Assembly: GCA_018396775.1 (NCBI GenBank)
Contig: JAGTRF010000002.1
Span: 14,069-78,068, forward strand
Reading direction: 5' to 3'
DNA from: Candidatus Bathyarchaeota archaeon
Lineage (GTDB): Archaea; Thermoproteota; Bathyarchaeia; 40CM-2-53-6; DTDX01
DNA length: 64,000 nucleotides
Under the pieces are notes generated by a model. It was not told where the DNA came from. It worked only from the letters and a program-made list of their open reading frames with translations, and made no database searches. Shown here in pieces: positions 1 through 9,845 of this stretch; the first letter of the stretch is position 1, and every line of letters begins with the position of its first letter. A program made the translations under genes and the position numbers.

Positions 1-75
1 GTCCCTCTACACTATGCTTTAATCCATTATATTCTATTTGAACTTTAACTTTTTTAGATTCAAAATTCATATTCT

Positions 76-573
76 TCACCCCTTCAATTTTGGAATAACA
101 TTCTTCAGAAAATAATCTAAACCATAAGTTGTAATTCTATATTCGCCTTTCCCCACTCGTTCAACTAAATTTTCAGAGCATAATTCGCTTAATCTTCCAG
201 CAACGCTTCCAACGCTATGTTTAGTTGAAGATAAAATATCGCTGATAAGCAAGCTTTCTTTTTCTGATTTATTAAGCAATCTACTAATTTTCGCTTTAAC
301 TAAGTAAAGTAAAATTAACTCTTTATCTGGTAATGTTTCAACATCAACTAATGTTACAACTCCCTCAGGTGTTACTGCAACTATTCCTTGACAAGCTTTT
401 AATAAATCATTAACATCAACTGTTAATGAAAGTTTTGAAGCCAACTCCATTTTAGGATAGATTTTCGTTAAAAATGAGATAAGCTCCCTTAAAACCTCAT
501 CAACTTCCCCTGTAATCTTTTTTTCAAAATCTTTATGTTTTAAGTAAACTTCAATCTTTTTTTCTTCGCTCAA
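76..573 (-). CDS. Hypothetical protein with a putative C-terminal winged-helix DNA-binding region. Tandem paralog of the next gene.
   Basis: 165-aa ORF. Shares the C-terminal motif ...GRLSEL...GL/GEYR... with the adjacent 577..1038 ORF. The 4-bp gap suggests an operon. Confidence 0.45.
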   Translation of the reverse strand: MSEEKKIEVYLKHKDFEKKITGEVDEVLRELISFLTKIYPKMELASKLSLTVDVNDLLKACQGIVAVTPEGVVTLVDVETLPDKELILLYLVKAKISRLLNKSEKESLLISDILSSTKHSVGSVAGRLSELCSENLVERVGKGEYRITTYGLDYFLKNVIPKLKG

Positions 574-576
574 AAA

Positions 577-1038
577 TTAACCTCCCGACTTAAATGAAGA
601 AATTAACTTTTCTATCCATTTTTTTCCAGAAACAGTTAACCTGTAAGCCTCCCCCTCTTTGTAGGCTAAGCCCTCCCGTTTTAACTCGCTAAGCCTGCTA
701 GCAAAACCTACAGAAAGAAAACCGCTTAAATTCAATAATCGGCTTAGCTCTTTAGGTTTTAATCCATTAGGTTCCGTAGCGTAAAGAAGCAATCCTACTG
801 CTTCTCTATCTGTTAACTTCTCTCTTGAAACCGTTATTAATGGGCCATCAGGCGTATTTTCAACAATACCTTTAAGAACTTCTTTCTCGCTTATTCCAGA
901 AGAGCTTGCAACTATCATACCGTCTATAACTTCAAGCCACTCTGGAAAACCTTTAAGATTCTCTATTAATTCGTCGAAGTTTTCTCCTTCAATTTCAATA
1001 TTTCCATAGCTTCTATGAAGCGTTATTCTAACTTTCAA
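577..1038 (-). CDS. Hypothetical protein with a putative C-terminal wHTH. Tandem paralog of 76..573.
   Basis: 153-aa ORF. Has the SRLSELKREGLAYKEGEAYRLT motif resembling the TrmB/MarR-type recognition helix and wing. Family not recognised with confidence. Confidence 0.4.
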   Translation of the reverse strand: MKVRITLHRSYGNIEIEGENFDELIENLKGFPEWLEVIDGMIVASSSGISEKEVLKGIVENTPDGPLITVSREKLTDREAVGLLLYATEPNGLKPKELSRLLNLSGFLSVGFASRLSELKREGLAYKEGEAYRLTVSGKKWIEKLISSFKSGG

Positions 1039-1314
1039 GCCTATTCACACATTTTTATTTTAAACGTTAAAGTATATAAACTTTTCTGTATAAAGTATAT
1101 AATATACGTAACGTTTAACTAATACACTTAATCATCCATAAATGAATGGAATAAGCGAAAAATAAAATTTTAGAGTAAAGCCAATTTTTGACAAGAAAAA
1201 GTAAATATTTAAGGTTTTTCATGAAGTTTAACCGCGATTCTAAGCTTATTTATTAACAGAAAACGTATAAATAAAAGTGTTTCTTCAACGAAATAGAGCT
1301 GGAGGTTATGAAAA

Positions 1315-1467
1315 ATGGAAATGTTTTGCGTTAAATGCAGAAAAAAAGTATCTGTAAATGACGACGCAGTGCAAAAAGAAACAACAAGCAAAGGAAGAAT
1401 TTTACTTAAAGCAACATGTCCTCTATGCAACTCTAAAATAACCAAGTTTGCTAAATCTACATCATAA
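1315..1467 (+). CDS. Small zinc-ribbon protein (50 aa, CxxC...CxxC). Not in the supplied ORF track.
   Basis: ATG at 1315 preceded by GGAGGT (1301-1306). Translation MEMFCVKCRKKVSVNDDAVQKETTSKGRILLKATCPLCNSKITKFAKSTS has two CxxC pairs. Followed by a hairpin plus T-run terminator. Confidence 0.55.
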   Translation: MEMFCVKCRKKVSVNDDAVQKETTSKGRILLKATCPLCNSKITKFAKSTS

Positions 1468-1488
1468 ACTGTTTCCAACTTAGATTTC

Positions 1489-1527
1489 TTCAGATACTGG
1501 AAAACTCCAGTATCTGAAACTTTTTTA
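1489..1527 (+). terminator. Inverted repeat TTCAGATACTGG/CCAGTATCTGAA followed by TTTTTT.
   Basis: 12-bp perfect arms with a 6-nt loop, then an oligo-T tract immediately after the zinc-ribbon ORF stop. Confidence 0.5.
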
Positions 1528-1869
1528 ATTTTACTTTAAAACTATGTAAGAATTAAAGACTTAATCCTACTTTTTAGAAAAACATATTTTTTGTTTATTC
1601 ATTAAATTAAAAATGGCTTGTTTTAAAAAGTTGAAAGCGTGAAATTAAACTAAAATATTTAAGCTTGGCTAAAAGGCTTTCAAGTTAAAGCTTATTTGAA
1701 TGCTCTTAAAGTTTTATTTTAATAAAGGAATAAAGGGCTTAATTACCCTTGAAAGAACTATTGGCCAAACCAAAAAATTTATATTATGATTTTGTTTTTG
1801 CATTAATAATGCTTACGAAATTTTGTGAGTTATGTTATTATTTAAAAAGCTTAAAGGAGGTTTTATGAT

Positions 1870-3528
1870 ATGGCAGTTGAATCTGCTCCAGAACTTGCTG
1901 GAACCCCGATTTTAATATTAAAAGAGGGTACTACACGATCTAGGGGGCGAGAAGCTCAGCATGCGAATATAACTGCTGCTAAAATCATCGCTGAAACGGT
2001 GAAAAGCTCTTTAGGCCCAAAAGGTATGGATAAAATGCTTGTTGACAGCTTTGGAGATGTTACTATTACTAATGATGGGGCTACTATTCTTGATGAGGTT
2101 GATGTTCAGCATCCAGCAGCTAAAATGATGGTTGAAGTAGCTAAAACACAAGATAATGAAGTAGGCGATGGAACAACAACAGCCGTAGTATTAGCAGGAG
2201 AGCTTCTTACTAAAGCTGAAGAGCTTATCGATAAAGATGTTCACCCAACTATAATTGTTGATGGATATAGAACTGCAGCTGAGAAGGCTCTTGGATTTCT
2301 TAATGAAATAGCTATTAAAGTTGAGCCAACTGATAAAGAATTTTTAAAGAAAGTTGCTAAAGTGGCTGTAGCTAGTAAATTACTTTCTGAATATAAAGAT
2401 TATATCGCTGATTTAACTGTGAATGCTGTGCTTCAAGTTGCTGAGAAAACTCCAGAAGGCTATAAAGTTGATATTGACGATATAAAAGTTGAAAAAAAAG
2501 CTGGAGAATCTTTAATGGATACAAAATTGGTTAAAGGTGTGGTGCTTGATAAAGAAGTTGTTCATCCAGGAATGCCTAAAAGAATTGATAATGCTAAAAT
2601 AGCCTTGCTTAATTGTCCTTTAGAAATTGAAAAAACAGAAATGGATGCTAAAATAAACATAGAGACGCCAGAGCAAATGGATGCTTTCCTTAAGGAAGAA
2701 GAAAGAATGCTTAAAGAAATGGTTGAGAAAATCGCTAAAGCTGGAGCTAATGTTGTTATTTGTCAAAAAGGAATCGATGATATGGCTCAACATTTCTTAG
2801 CTAAAAAAGGAATTTTAGCTGTTCGCAGAGCTAAAGAATCAGATATGGAAAAGCTTGCTAAAGCTACAGGTGGTAGAATAATAACGAATCTTGATGATTT
2901 ATCTTCTAAAGATTTAGGTTTCGCTAAAATTGTTGAGGAAAGAAAAGTTGCAGATGATAAAATGACTTTTATTGAAGGGTGCAAAAACCCGAAATCTGTT
3001 ACAATCCTTGTTCGTGGAGGAGCTGAAAGAATAGTTAATGAAGCTGAAAGAGCCATTCATGATGCTTTATGCGTTATAAGAGACGTAGTTGTAGATCCAA
3101 GAGTTGTAGGCGGTGGAGGTGCTCCTGAAACTGAGGTAGCTAGAAAGTTAAGGCAATACGCTGAGAAGTTAGCTGGAAAAGAACAGTTGGCTGTTTTAGC
3201 TTTCGCTGAAGCCTTAGACTCTATACCAATGACTTTATCTGAAAATGCTGGTTTAGATCCGATAGATATAATCACAGAGTTAAGATCTAAACATGATAAA
3301 GGAGAGATGTGGGCTGGCGTAGATATTTTTTCAGGTAAAGTTTCTGATATGACTAAAAACGATGTTTATGAACCATTAGTTGTTAAAACTCAAGTTATTA
3401 AATCTGCAAGTGAAGCCGCAACAATGATATTAAGAATTGACGATGTAATAGCTGCTTCCAAAACTAAAGAAGAAAAGGGACCGCCAAAGGGGCCAGAAGA
3501 GAGTGGTGAAGAATTCGGAGAAACTTAA
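1870..3528 (+). CDS. ths: Thermosome subunit (group II chaperonin, CCT/TCP-1 family).
   Basis: 552 aa. GDGTTT ATP-binding motif, NDGATIL, VGGGA. AAGGAGG RBS upstream of the ATG. C-terminal G/E-rich tail. Confidence 0.95.
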   Translation: MAVESAPELAGTPILILKEGTTRSRGREAQHANITAAKIIAETVKSSLGPKGMDKMLVDSFGDVTITNDGATILDEVDVQHPAAKMMVEVAKTQDNEVGDGTTTAVVLAGELLTKAEELIDKDVHPTIIVDGYRTAAEKALGFLNEIAIKVEPTDKEFLKKVAKVAVASKLLSEYKDYIADLTVNAVLQVAEKTPEGYKVDIDDIKVEKKAGESLMDTKLVKGVVLDKEVVHPGMPKRIDNAKIALLNCPLEIEKTEMDAKINIETPEQMDAFLKEEERMLKEMVEKIAKAGANVVICQKGIDDMAQHFLAKKGILAVRRAKESDMEKLAKATGGRIITNLDDLSSKDLGFAKIVEERKVADDKMTFIEGCKNPKSVTILVRGGAERIVNEAERAIHDALCVIRDVVVDPRVVGGGGAPETEVARKLRQYAEKLAGKEQLAVLAFAEALDSIPMTLSENAGLDPIDIITELRSKHDKGEMWAGVDIFSGKVSDMTKNDVYEPLVVKTQVIKSASEAATMILRIDDVIAASKTKEEKGPPKGPEESGEEFGET

Positions 3529-3532
3529 ATCT

Positions 3533-3787
3533 ATGGAAAAAACATTAATAGGACCGAAAAAACTTACTCGGTTTGAAAAAACTAGAATCGTTGGCGCGAG
3601 AGCGATGCAAATAGCTATGGGCGCTCCAGTATTAATAGATATTCCACCAGAAGTTAAATCTCCAATTGATATAGCTCTCTTAGAGCTTGAAGAAAGTATT
3701 TTACCAATAAGCATTAGACGTCAACTTCCGGATGGAACAAGCCAAAATATTCCTCTTAAACTATTATTGAAATCTGAAGAAGATTAA
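3533..3787 (+). CDS. rpoK: DNA-directed RNA polymerase subunit Rpo6/RpoK (omega/RPB6 homolog).
   Basis: LTRFEKTRIVGARAMQIAMGAPVLIDIP matches the conserved RpoK/RPB6 core. Start placed at the internal Met (3533) because the track start at 3503 overlaps the thermosome stop. Confidence 0.85.
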   Translation: MEKTLIGPKKLTRFEKTRIVGARAMQIAMGAPVLIDIPPEVKSPIDIALLELEESILPISIRRQLPDGTSQNIPLKLLLKSEED

Positions 3788-3827
3788 ACTTTTTTTAACT
3801 CAAAAACCTCTTCCACTCTGGTTTTTT

Positions 3828-4001
3828 ATGAAAATTAATCATTGGTTTTATTCTTTTCTAGTAATGAGCATTATTTCATTTTCTTTGCTTACCACAAGGT
3901 TTTTTTCAATTCAAATATTCGCTTTTGAATTTGAATTTTGCATTTTTTATTTTCCAACAATAGCTTTATTTTTAGCTTGGCTTTTAACAAAGAAAAAGTA
4001 A
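3828..4001 (+). CDS. Possible small membrane protein (57 aa, two hydrophobic segments, KKK tail).
   Basis: ATG-to-TAA ORF in an otherwise empty 250-bp gap. Hydrophobic profile only. No homology recognised. Confidence 0.25.
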   Translation: MKINHWFYSFLVMSIISFSLLTTRFFSIQIFAFEFEFCIFYFPTIALFLAWLLTKKK

Positions 4002-4041
4002 AGTTAATTGAAATGCTATTTTTGAGGGAAAGGGGCTTGCT

Positions 4042-5253
4042 TTGAAAGTTTATATGGCTGTTTGCGGAATAGGTTTAGGGCATGTAACAAGATGTGAGCC
4101 TATAGGTAGATTGTTAAAAAATAAAGGTGTAAATGTTGTTTTTTCAACTTGCTTTGAAGCTGCTAATTATTTAAGAAGAATAGGATACAATATTTTTGAA
4201 ACATTACAAATGAGTTACGCTGTAAATGAAGATGGAACTGTTGATTATAAAGCTTCTTTAGCGTATAACCCAGGTTTTTTTCATGCAATAAAACTTTCTC
4301 TTAAAGAGTTGGCTTATGAATTAAAAAGAATAGAAGAGTATAATCCTAACCTTGTTTTTTCAGATTCTAGAATGGCACCAATTTTAATAGCTAAAATGCT
4401 AGGCATACCTAACGTTTTAATGTTAAATCAATTTAAAGTAAATATTATTAATTCTAGTTTTAATAACTCTTTGATTGAGGAAGCATCATTTAAATTAATG
4501 AAGGTTTTATGGGGTGCTTCAAGCAGTGTTATTGAAGGAATTTGGAGTTTAAGTGACCAAATTTTAATTCCAGATTTACCCTACCCATATACTGTTTCGT
4601 CTAGGAACTTGGCGATTCCAAAAGCTTTTGAGAAGAAAATAAAATTTGTTGGACCTATAATCCCAATTAAATATAGCGATTTGCCTAATGAAGAAACAAT
4701 TAAGAAAGAGTTAAATATCGATGAATCTAAAATAACTGTTTACGCTGTTGTTAGCGGTCCAAAAAAAGAAAAAGCTTGGTTGCTAAATAAACTTATGAAA
4801 ATTCTTCAAGTTTTCCCTGAGAAATATGAGGTGATTCTTTCCAAAGGAGATCCTAAAGGAGATGTAACCTTAAAGAAAATTGGTAAAATTAAAGTTTATG
4901 ATTGGGTTGATGAAGAAACTCAATTTAAGCTTTTTAAAGCATCTGACATTATCGTTGGGAGAGCTGGTCATGGTGTAATAATGAAAGCTTTAGCTTATAA
5001 AAAGCCGATTATTACTATTCCGATTCCGGGTCAAGCTGAACAATATGGAAATGCTGAACGGATTGAACAGTTAAAGCTTGGAAAAATGATTAAGCAAGAG
5101 AAGCTTAATGAAGAAGCTTTGTTAAACGCTGTGGAGAACCTGCTTAAATTAAAAGATAGTAAAGAATTAAATAATGTTTTTAAAGTTTTAAACTCATTTG
5201 ATGCTGTGAAAACAATTTTAAACTTAATCTTAGAAATGCTTAATCAACAATAG
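4042..5253 (+). CDS. GT-B fold glycosyltransferase (GT1/GT28, MurG/UDP-glycosyltransferase-like).
   Basis: N-terminal Gly-rich VCGIGLGHVTRC and C-terminal GRAGHGVIMKAL...PIPGQAEQYGNAERI donor-binding motif. TTG start. Confidence 0.7.
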   Translation: MKVYMAVCGIGLGHVTRCEPIGRLLKNKGVNVVFSTCFEAANYLRRIGYNIFETLQMSYAVNEDGTVDYKASLAYNPGFFHAIKLSLKELAYELKRIEEYNPNLVFSDSRMAPILIAKMLGIPNVLMLNQFKVNIINSSFNNSLIEEASFKLMKVLWGASSSVIEGIWSLSDQILIPDLPYPYTVSSRNLAIPKAFEKKIKFVGPIIPIKYSDLPNEETIKKELNIDESKITVYAVVSGPKKEKAWLLNKLMKILQVFPEKYEVILSKGDPKGDVTLKKIGKIKVYDWVDEETQFKLFKASDIIVGRAGHGVIMKALAYKKPIITIPIPGQAEQYGNAERIEQLKLGKMIKQEKLNEEALLNAVENLLKLKDSKELNNVFKVLNSFDAVKTILNLILEMLNQQ

Positions 5254-6791
5254 CAACTTTTAATTGTTTTAACCTTTAATTCTATAGGATGCGAAATTGA
5301 AGGTAAGCCTTGTTGATACTCAAAAATTTTTTCCTCCCTTCCTTTACGCTCTATTAACCAAATAAATAGATCATAAAGCTTCCGCATTATGAAACTATAC
5401 CATTTTCCTTGAATGTAACAATCTATAATTTCTTTTGCATATTTAATATCGTGGGTTAAGCATTTCACCATTAACTCTTTTTGTAAATCTGTTAAATCCT
5501 CATATTTAAACCAGTCTTTATTTTTTAGTTTACCCATAGGAACAAAAAATAATGGAACAATCATGCTTTTAAACCAATTTAAATCCTCAACTAACTCTAT
5601 AGTTCTAATTACATCGTCATCAATTTCTTCAGGTAAACCAGTTATCAATGTGCAGGCTGGAATTAACCCATAATCATTCATTAAGCCTGCAGCTTTCTCT
5701 ACAACTTCTCGCCATTCTTCAGGCTTAAAAGGCTTAGCTTTAGCTGGCATAGCCAACTTAACTAATCTAGGTGAACCTGTTTCTATACCTATTTGAGCTC
5801 CCCACCATTTTTGATCTTCATCAATAATTATCTCTGAAACTTCTTTAAACAATTTTGGGTCAGCTGCTATAGCAGCCATACTAACATGGCTCCAGCAAAA
5901 ATTCTTCATATATTTTTTAGTTAATTTATGCAGCTCAAGAATTTTTTCTCTATTAGGCATAACTGATTTAGAACCGTAAAGCAGCGCATCTTCAGCGTGA
6001 AGAATCCCTGAAGTTATTCCACCTTTAATGTTTACCTGAAGTTCCTTCTCTATTTTATCAAGTGGATACCATCTTAAAGGCTTTAAAGTTACACTGCAAA
6101 AGTTGCATCCTCTAGGGCATCCTCGTCCAATTTCAATTAAACCATTAATCGATGGATTTTTAATCTCTGAAATCTCATTTAAGCTAGGTAAATTATGAAT
6201 GTTAACTTCAAAATAGCTTGGTAAATCTTCTCCTTTTAAAGCTTTCCTTATAAGATCACCAATAACTCGTTCAGCTTCTCCATCAACTACGCAATCTATT
6301 CCATACTCTTTTTGTTCTTCAACTCTATACTTAAATTGCCAAACTCCAGCTCCTCCTACAATTATTTTTAAGCCATGTTTTTTAGCTTGTTTAACTTCAG
6401 GCTTCATAAATAACTCTTTAAAATACTTTAATAAGTAAGGCTCACCTGTACGAAGAATTCTAGCGAAAGTTGTTGATGAAGGCCCTAAACCAAAAGGATC
6501 CATAACATGAACACATAAAACTTTAGCGTTTTTAATATATTTTTTCAAGTGATCAGGGTCAACTGTAAGCGCGTTAAAACCCTCATCTAAAAGTTTAGCT
6601 TCAATTTTTCTAAGTCCATAAGGCGCCTCAAGCGGTAAACCCCTCTTATTTTTTACTGGAGGGAAAAACATAATTTTATAAAACCATTCTGGTAAAATAT
6701 TCGGCGGAGCACTAGTAGCGAAACCAAGAAACTCTTTCCCACGATAATTACTCATTAATGTTCTATCAGCAGTAAGTATAATATCAACCAA
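5244..6791 (-). CDS. B12-binding-domain radical SAM protein (class B rSAM).
   Basis: 515 aa. CPRGCNFC (CxxxCxxC) at the centre. N-terminal Rossmann-like region consistent with a cobalamin-binding domain. Long C-terminal helical extension. Confidence 0.7.
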   Translation of the reverse strand: MVDIILTADRTLMSNYRGKEFLGFATSAPPNILPEWFYKIMFFPPVKNKRGLPLEAPYGLRKIEAKLLDEGFNALTVDPDHLKKYIKNAKVLCVHVMDPFGLGPSSTTFARILRTGEPYLLKYFKELFMKPEVKQAKKHGLKIIVGGAGVWQFKYRVEEQKEYGIDCVVDGEAERVIGDLIRKALKGEDLPSYFEVNIHNLPSLNEISEIKNPSINGLIEIGRGCPRGCNFCSVTLKPLRWYPLDKIEKELQVNIKGGITSGILHAEDALLYGSKSVMPNREKILELHKLTKKYMKNFCWSHVSMAAIAADPKLFKEVSEIIIDEDQKWWGAQIGIETGSPRLVKLAMPAKAKPFKPEEWREVVEKAAGLMNDYGLIPACTLITGLPEEIDDDVIRTIELVEDLNWFKSMIVPLFFVPMGKLKNKDWFKYEDLTDLQKELMVKCLTHDIKYAKEIIDCYIQGKWYSFIMRKLYDLFIWLIERKGREEKIFEYQQGLPSISHPIELKVKTIKSCYC

Positions 6792-6837
6792 TATTAACCG
6801 CCTCCTAATTTCTAAATAAAAAAGAAGTAAACTGGTT

Positions 6838-8271
6838 TTAATATGGAATTACAGGAGCCAACCTCGCCTCCTCCTTAAGCATCGTGTAAAATGCTTTATT
6901 ATTTATGCAACCAGGGTCTGGAGCTAAGTAATCATTAAAGTAACCATAAGCTCTTGCCCTGCACCCACCACAGTAATATCTATATTCACATGTTCCGCAA
7001 TGTCCTTTTAAAATATCTTTATTTCTAAGATCTTTTAAAACTTTAGAATTAACCCACAACTCCTCTAAATTATCACTTCTAATGTTTCCAAGTTTTAATG
7101 GAAGGAAAACGCATGGTTGAATATCGCCATTAGGTTTTATAGCTATGTAAAATCTACCTGCGCCGCATCCCCCTATAAATTCAGCTAAACTTTTAATTTT
7201 TTCCCTTGATTTAGATGAATAAAAATGGCTTAAAACTAAAGCCTCGCTTTGGCAGGATGCTTCTAAGGAAACTCTAGCGAATTGAGGCGCTGTAGAAAGC
7301 ATAGCTACATTTGAATTTTGCATTCTTTCATAAAGCATTTTTAAAAGTTCTTCTCTTTCATCAGGCGTTAAATCTAGTTCTGTAATATCAACACCTCTTC
7401 CAGTTGGAATAAAATTATAAGCCATAAACCAATCTACGCCAAGCTTTTCACATAAATCCAATATTTTAGGGATTTCTTTATAATTCAACTTAGTGATTGT
7501 GGTTGAAACTTCAACAAAAAATTCTTCAGCTATAACGTTTTTAATTCCTTCAACAGCTTTATTAAATGCTCCTGGAACACCCCTAAAATAATCATGTGTT
7601 TCAGCTACAGCTCCATCAAGGCTAATTTGCACATAATCTATTCCAGCTTCCTTCATAGCTTTAGCCTTCTCTTTAGTTATTAAGGTAGCGTTTGTAGCTA
7701 CAGCTACATAAATTCCTTTATCAGATGCATATTTAGCAAGCTTAAGAAAATCTCTTCGCATAAACGGTTCTCCACCAGAAAAAGCTAAAATTGTTATACC
7801 AAATTTATCAAGCTTATCTATTGCTTTTAAAGCTTCCTCTGTATTTAACTCATTTACTTCTGCCCCTGCATTAGCTGAGCAATGCTTACACCTTAAATTA
7901 CAAGCATTAGTTACTTCCCAAACTACTTGAAAGGGGGCCCCTGGAGTAAAAGGTTTTGTAACACCAAATAAACCTAACCCTTTAACTACGCTGCTTAACC
8001 CCCTTCTCCAATATGAGTCAGCAAAAGTCTTCTTCATCTCTTCTTCTGAAACATTAAAGCTTCTTCTCCCAATCCTCAAAATTAAGCTTAAGATTTTTTC
8101 AGCAGCTTTACATTTTAAGCAAGCATCAGCTCTAACGCCTGAGTAAAGCTCTAAACCAGCTTCCAATCTATTTTTTCCATCTTTTTCGCAATAAGTTGAA
8201 ATATTTTTTAGTAAACTTCTTGTTAAAAGATTATTAGAAATTAACTTAAATGCCCGAATTTTCCCTTCCAA
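6838..8271 (-). CDS. Radical SAM protein with a C-terminal SPASM/twitch domain and a roughly 100-aa N-terminal extension carrying 3 Cys.
   Basis: CNLRCKHC rSAM motif. C-terminal GGCGAG...C...CGTCEYRYYCGGC Cys cluster typical of SPASM peptide/cofactor maturases. Confidence 0.75.
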   Translation of the reverse strand: MEGKIRAFKLISNNLLTRSLLKNISTYCEKDGKNRLEAGLELYSGVRADACLKCKAAEKILSLILRIGRRSFNVSEEEMKKTFADSYWRRGLSSVVKGLGLFGVTKPFTPGAPFQVVWEVTNACNLRCKHCSANAGAEVNELNTEEALKAIDKLDKFGITILAFSGGEPFMRRDFLKLAKYASDKGIYVAVATNATLITKEKAKAMKEAGIDYVQISLDGAVAETHDYFRGVPGAFNKAVEGIKNVIAEEFFVEVSTTITKLNYKEIPKILDLCEKLGVDWFMAYNFIPTGRGVDITELDLTPDEREELLKMLYERMQNSNVAMLSTAPQFARVSLEASCQSEALVLSHFYSSKSREKIKSLAEFIGGCGAGRFYIAIKPNGDIQPCVFLPLKLGNIRSDNLEELWVNSKVLKDLRNKDILKGHCGTCEYRYYCGGCRARAYGYFNDYLAPDPGCINNKAFYTMLKEEARLAPVIPY

Positions 8272-8709
8272 ATTTTAAAACGCTCCGGTTAAATATACCT
8301 ATTTAACACCGAAAAATCTGAAATTTTATTTTATAAAAGAAGGTATTTAAAGCTTTCCGTGCTTTAAAAGAGATTGAAAAATAAGAGTTATCGCCTTCCT
8401 AAACCTTTTTAAAGGTTTAGCGATTTAAAGTAATGAACACTTTTACAAGAGTTTTGAATTAAGCTTCAGTTTACCTACTCTACGGTAAAGCTTTAGAAAG
8501 GCTTATAGCTGCAGATAAAACGAAAAGTAAGCTTAACGGTAAATAGCTTTCGCCTTTAAATTGTAATATGTGGATGAAAAAGAAATTTTGCAAAATGCTT
8601 GAATTCTTCATTAAAAGCATAGATTTATTTATTGAGTTTACTAAAGCTTGCTATACTGCTATTAGGAAAGCTCATTTTACCACCAATTGCATTGTAACAA
8701 AAATTAATT

Positions 8710-9843
8710 TTAATAGCTTCCAAGCAAATGGATATTTCCTATATAAACATTTCTTAAAAATTTTTTAGCGATTTTATAACAGTTTAATGCTTGAATTCTT
8801 GGTGTTATAGGTAAATCTTGCATCATAAAATCTGGGTGGAAAACTAAAAGCGAATATGGAATTTCATGGTTTAAACTTGAAATAAACTCTGAAATATTCT
8901 TTATCTCCTCTTCATCTACATAACCTGGAACCAAAAGTGTTGTAGCTGATAAAACGGGTAAATGCTCTCTTTTATTATAAAACTCTTTAGCTATAAACTC
9001 AAAGTTTTCATAAGCTTTTTTATTTGAGACTCCGCTTAAAGCTAAGCTTAAATTTTCATCGAAGCATTTTAAATCAAACTTAATGTTTCCACCGCTTTTA
9101 AAAGCTAATTCAACCGCTTCTTTAACTAAAAACTTGTTTCCACAACCATTCCACTCAAAGCAAACTCTAATTATTCTATTAGGATTTTCTTCAAGAATCT
9201 TTTTTGATGAAGCTAAAGCGAATGGAAGTTGAGGTTCAGGTGAACCGCCGAAAAAACATATACAAGAGTATTTTTCATCATTTTTAACAATTTTAGTAAA
9301 TTCGTTTAAAGATATTATTGAACCCAACTCTATATTTTTATGAGAAGCATTTTGACAAAATAAACAGTTAAAGTTGCATCCATAAAAGAATACAGCCAAA
9401 TTTTTATATCCTATTTCTGGCCCTTTAGTGTAAGTAAATTTTGGGTAGCCTACTCCTGTTCCAGCTGGGCAAAACCATGCGTTGCAGCAATTTGTAACAT
9501 GAGGATCTGGATACCAATGTAAAACTGCTTTCTCAACGTTTGATAAAGAAATTATTTTTCCATTTAAATTTCTTTTTAAACCGCAGTAGCTTCTCTCTCC
9601 GCTCCCAATTACGCATTCATTAGCGCATAAATTGCATGGAACTCCCCCCAAAGATTTAGGAGAAGTTGAAGGTAAATTGTATAAAGCTCTAACGTTTTCA
9701 TGAGTTTTCATTATTAAAGGTTTAGCTTCCTCAGGTTTTTCTTTAATGCATTTACCGCAAAGATTAAGAATGCTTGAAATTAACTCTCCTTTTTTACCGC
9801 AAAGCTTACATTCCTTATGCTTAAACATATTAAAACGAAACAT
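8710..9843 (-). CDS. Radical SAM protein with a Cys-rich N-terminal zinc-ribbon-like extension (AmmeMemoRadiSam or PFL-activase-like).
   Basis: GCNFNCLFCQN (CxxxCxxC). N-terminal CKLCG...CGKC and CNLCANEC...C motifs. Confidence 0.6.
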   Translation of the reverse strand: MFRFNMFKHKECKLCGKKGELISSILNLCGKCIKEKPEEAKPLIMKTHENVRALYNLPSTSPKSLGGVPCNLCANECVIGSGERSYCGLKRNLNGKIISLSNVEKAVLHWYPDPHVTNCCNAWFCPAGTGVGYPKFTYTKGPEIGYKNLAVFFYGCNFNCLFCQNASHKNIELGSIISLNEFTKIVKNDEKYSCICFFGGSPEPQLPFALASSKKILEENPNRIIRVCFEWNGCGNKFLVKEAVELAFKSGGNIKFDLKCFDENLSLALSGVSNKKAYENFEFIAKEFYNKREHLPVLSATTLLVPGYVDEEEIKNISEFISSLNHEIPYSLLVFHPDFMMQDLPITPRIQALNCYKIAKKFLRNVYIGNIHLLGSY

Positions 9844-9845
9844 TT

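Noticed and set aside
1209-1478. 89-aa minus-strand ORF from the track.
   Set aside because: Low-complexity translation, no RBS, and it is antisense to a well-supported plus-strand zinc-ribbon ORF with SD and terminator.
3503-3532. Track start of rpoK at 3503.
   Set aside because: It overlaps the thermosome stop. The conserved RpoK sequence begins at the internal Met (3533).
2787-3714. Three minus-strand ORFs (2787..3056, 3057..3275, 3430..3714) inside or overlapping the thermosome and rpoK.
   Set aside because: Antisense to strongly conserved genes. The Ser/Ala/Pro-rich translations are typical of shadow ORFs.
8568-8768. 66-aa plus-strand ORF in the inter-rSAM gap.
   Set aside because: It overlaps the start of the 8710..9843 gene on the opposite strand. 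The Phe/Lys/Ile-rich composition reflects AT-rich DNA, and there is no RBS.
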